A stretch of 64,000 bases of DNA from Pristiophorus japonicus (Eukaryota). This document shows, piece by piece, positions 62,181 to 64,000 of the stretch (its first letter is position 1; every line of letters starts with the position of its first letter). The notes under the pieces were generated by a model. It was given only the letters and a program-made list of their open reading frames with translations, was not told where the DNA came from and made no database searches. The position numbers and the translations under genes are program-made. The stretch covers positions 11,098,001 through 11,162,000 of the forward strand of contig NC_091999.1 in NCBI RefSeq assembly GCF_044704955.1, in the 5' to 3' direction.

Positions 62181-64000
62181 CTACTCACCTAACCTATCCA
62201 AGTCACCCTGCAGCCTATTAGCGTCCTCGTCACAGCTCACACCTCCACCCAGTTTAGCGTCATCTGCAAACTTGGAGATATTAAACTCAATTCCTTCATA
62301 CAAATCATTAATGTATATTGTAAATAGCTGGGGTCCCAGCACTGAGCCCTGCGGCATCCCACTCGTCACATCCTGCCATTCTGAAAAGGACCCGTTTATC
62401 CCGACTCTTTGCTTCCTGTCTGCCAATCAGTTCTCTATCCACATCAGTACATTACTCCCAATACCATATGCTTTGATTTTCCACACCAATCTCGTATGTG
62501 GGACCTTGTCAAAGGCCTTTTGAAAGTCGAAATACACCACATCCACTGGTTCTCTTTTGTCCACTCTATTAGTTACATCCTCAAAAATTCCAGAAGGTTT
62601 GTCAAGCATGATTTCCCTTTCATAAACCCATGTTGACTTGGACTGATCCTGTCACTGCTTTCCAAATGCGCTGTTATTTCATCTTTAATAATTAATTCCA
62701 ACATTTTCCCCAATACTGATGTCAGGCTAATCGGTCTATAATTACCTGTTTTCTCTCTTCCTCCTTTTTTAAAAAGTGGTGTTACATTAGCTGCACTCCA
62801 GTCCATAAGAACTGATCCAGAGTCGATAGACTGTTGGAAAATGATACCCAATGCATGCACTATTTCTAGGGCCACTTCCTTAAGTACTCTGGAATGCAGC
62901 CTATGAGGCCCCAGGGATTTATCGGCCTTCAATCCCATCAATTTCCTAAATACAATTTCCCACCTAATAAGGATATCCTTCAATTCCTGCTTCTCACCAG
63001 ACCCTCGGTCCCCTAGTACTTCTGGAATGTTGTTTGTGTCTTCCTTCGTGAAGACAGAATCAAAGTAATTAATCAACTGGTCTGCCATTTCTTTGTTCCG
63101 CATTATAATGTCACCTTTAATCTGACTGCAAGGGACCTACGTTTTCCTTCACTACTCTTTTCTTCTTCACATATCTATAGAAGCTTTTGCATCCAGTTTT
63201 TATGTTCCCAGCAAGCTTCCTCTCATACTCTATTTCCCCACCCTCCTAATTAAAACCTTTGTCCTCCTCTGCTGAATTATAAATTTCTCCCAGTCCTCAG
63301 GATTGCTGCTTTTTCTGGCCAATTTGTATGCCTATTCCTGGATTTAACACTATCATTAGTTTCCCTTGTTGGACACGGTTGAGCCACCATTCCCATTTTA
63401 TTTTTTACTCCAGACAGGGATGTGCAATTGTTGAAGTTCATCCATGAGATCATTAAATGCTTGCCATTTCCTATCCGTCGTCAACCCTTTAAGTATCATT
63501 CGCCATTCTATTGTAGCCAATTCACGTCTCATACTATCCAAGTTACCTTTCCTTAAGTTCAGGACCCTGGTCTCTGAATTAACTGTATCACTCTCCATCT
63601 TAATAAAGCATTCGAACATATTATGGTCACTCTTCCCCATGCGGCCGCACACAACAAGATTGCTAATAAGTCCTTTCTCATTACACATCACGCAGACTAG
63701 CATCGCCAGCCCTCTAGATGGTTCCTCGACATATTGCTCGAGAAACCCATCCCTACTACACTCCAGGAAATCCTCCTCGACCGTATAGCTTGCAGTTTGC
63801 TTAGCTCACTCTATATGTAGATTAATGTCGCCCATGATGACTGCTGTACCTTTATTTCATGCATCCCTTATTTGTTGTTGGATGTTATCCCCAACCTCAC
63901 TATTGCTGTTTTGTGGTCTGTAAACAACTCCCACTAGCGTTTTCTATTCTTTGGTATTCCGCAGCTCCACCTATACAGATTCCACATCATCCAAGCTAAT
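62181..64000 (-). mobile_element. CR1 LINE ORF2 portion running off the window
   Basis: NYRPISLTSVLGK, FDFQKAFDKVPH, SKFADD on the minus strand. Confidence 0.92.

Noticed and set aside
1-64000. D, J or C segments, IgH-type or NAR-TCR V, and RAG-transposon ends
   Set aside because: I saw no 12-RSS/FGxG J motifs, C exons or IgH/NAR signatures. Every RSS found is attached to a V exon.

Overview
Vertebrate genomic DNA, almost certainly from a cartilaginous fish (shark-type CR1 LINEs with (TTTCTATG)n tails, a Deu-domain SINE, shark-like TCR V sequences). The window is part of the V-segment array of the T-cell receptor alpha/delta locus. I found no D, J or C segments and no ordinary protein-coding genes. 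I identify about 17 V-type segments on both strands, typically a 46-nt leader exon, an intron, a ~300-nt V exon and a 3' RSS. Three look intact (6918-7420 -, 24203-24634 +, 46884-47321 -). One has an intact V exon with an odd leader (45280-45711 -). The rest are pseudogenes. Much of the window is three diverged copies of one duplication unit (~1-18 kb, ~25.3-38.4 kb, ~46-57.2 kb). Each copy carries an orphan leader, V(-) and divergent psiV(+); a following V(+) is present in units 1 and 2. The copies differ in their CR1, RTE and DNA-transposon insertions. The most notable unexplained structure is a conserved 3' cassette on one V family (family B): an RSS with a 24-bp spacer, often a second heptamer-like 7-mer abutting the nonamer, and a CTCF-type motif a fixed 24-25 nt beyond the nonamer. 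Orphan promoter/leader modules also point antisense into these RSSs. All calls were made by eye without alignment tools. Family labels A and B are my own.
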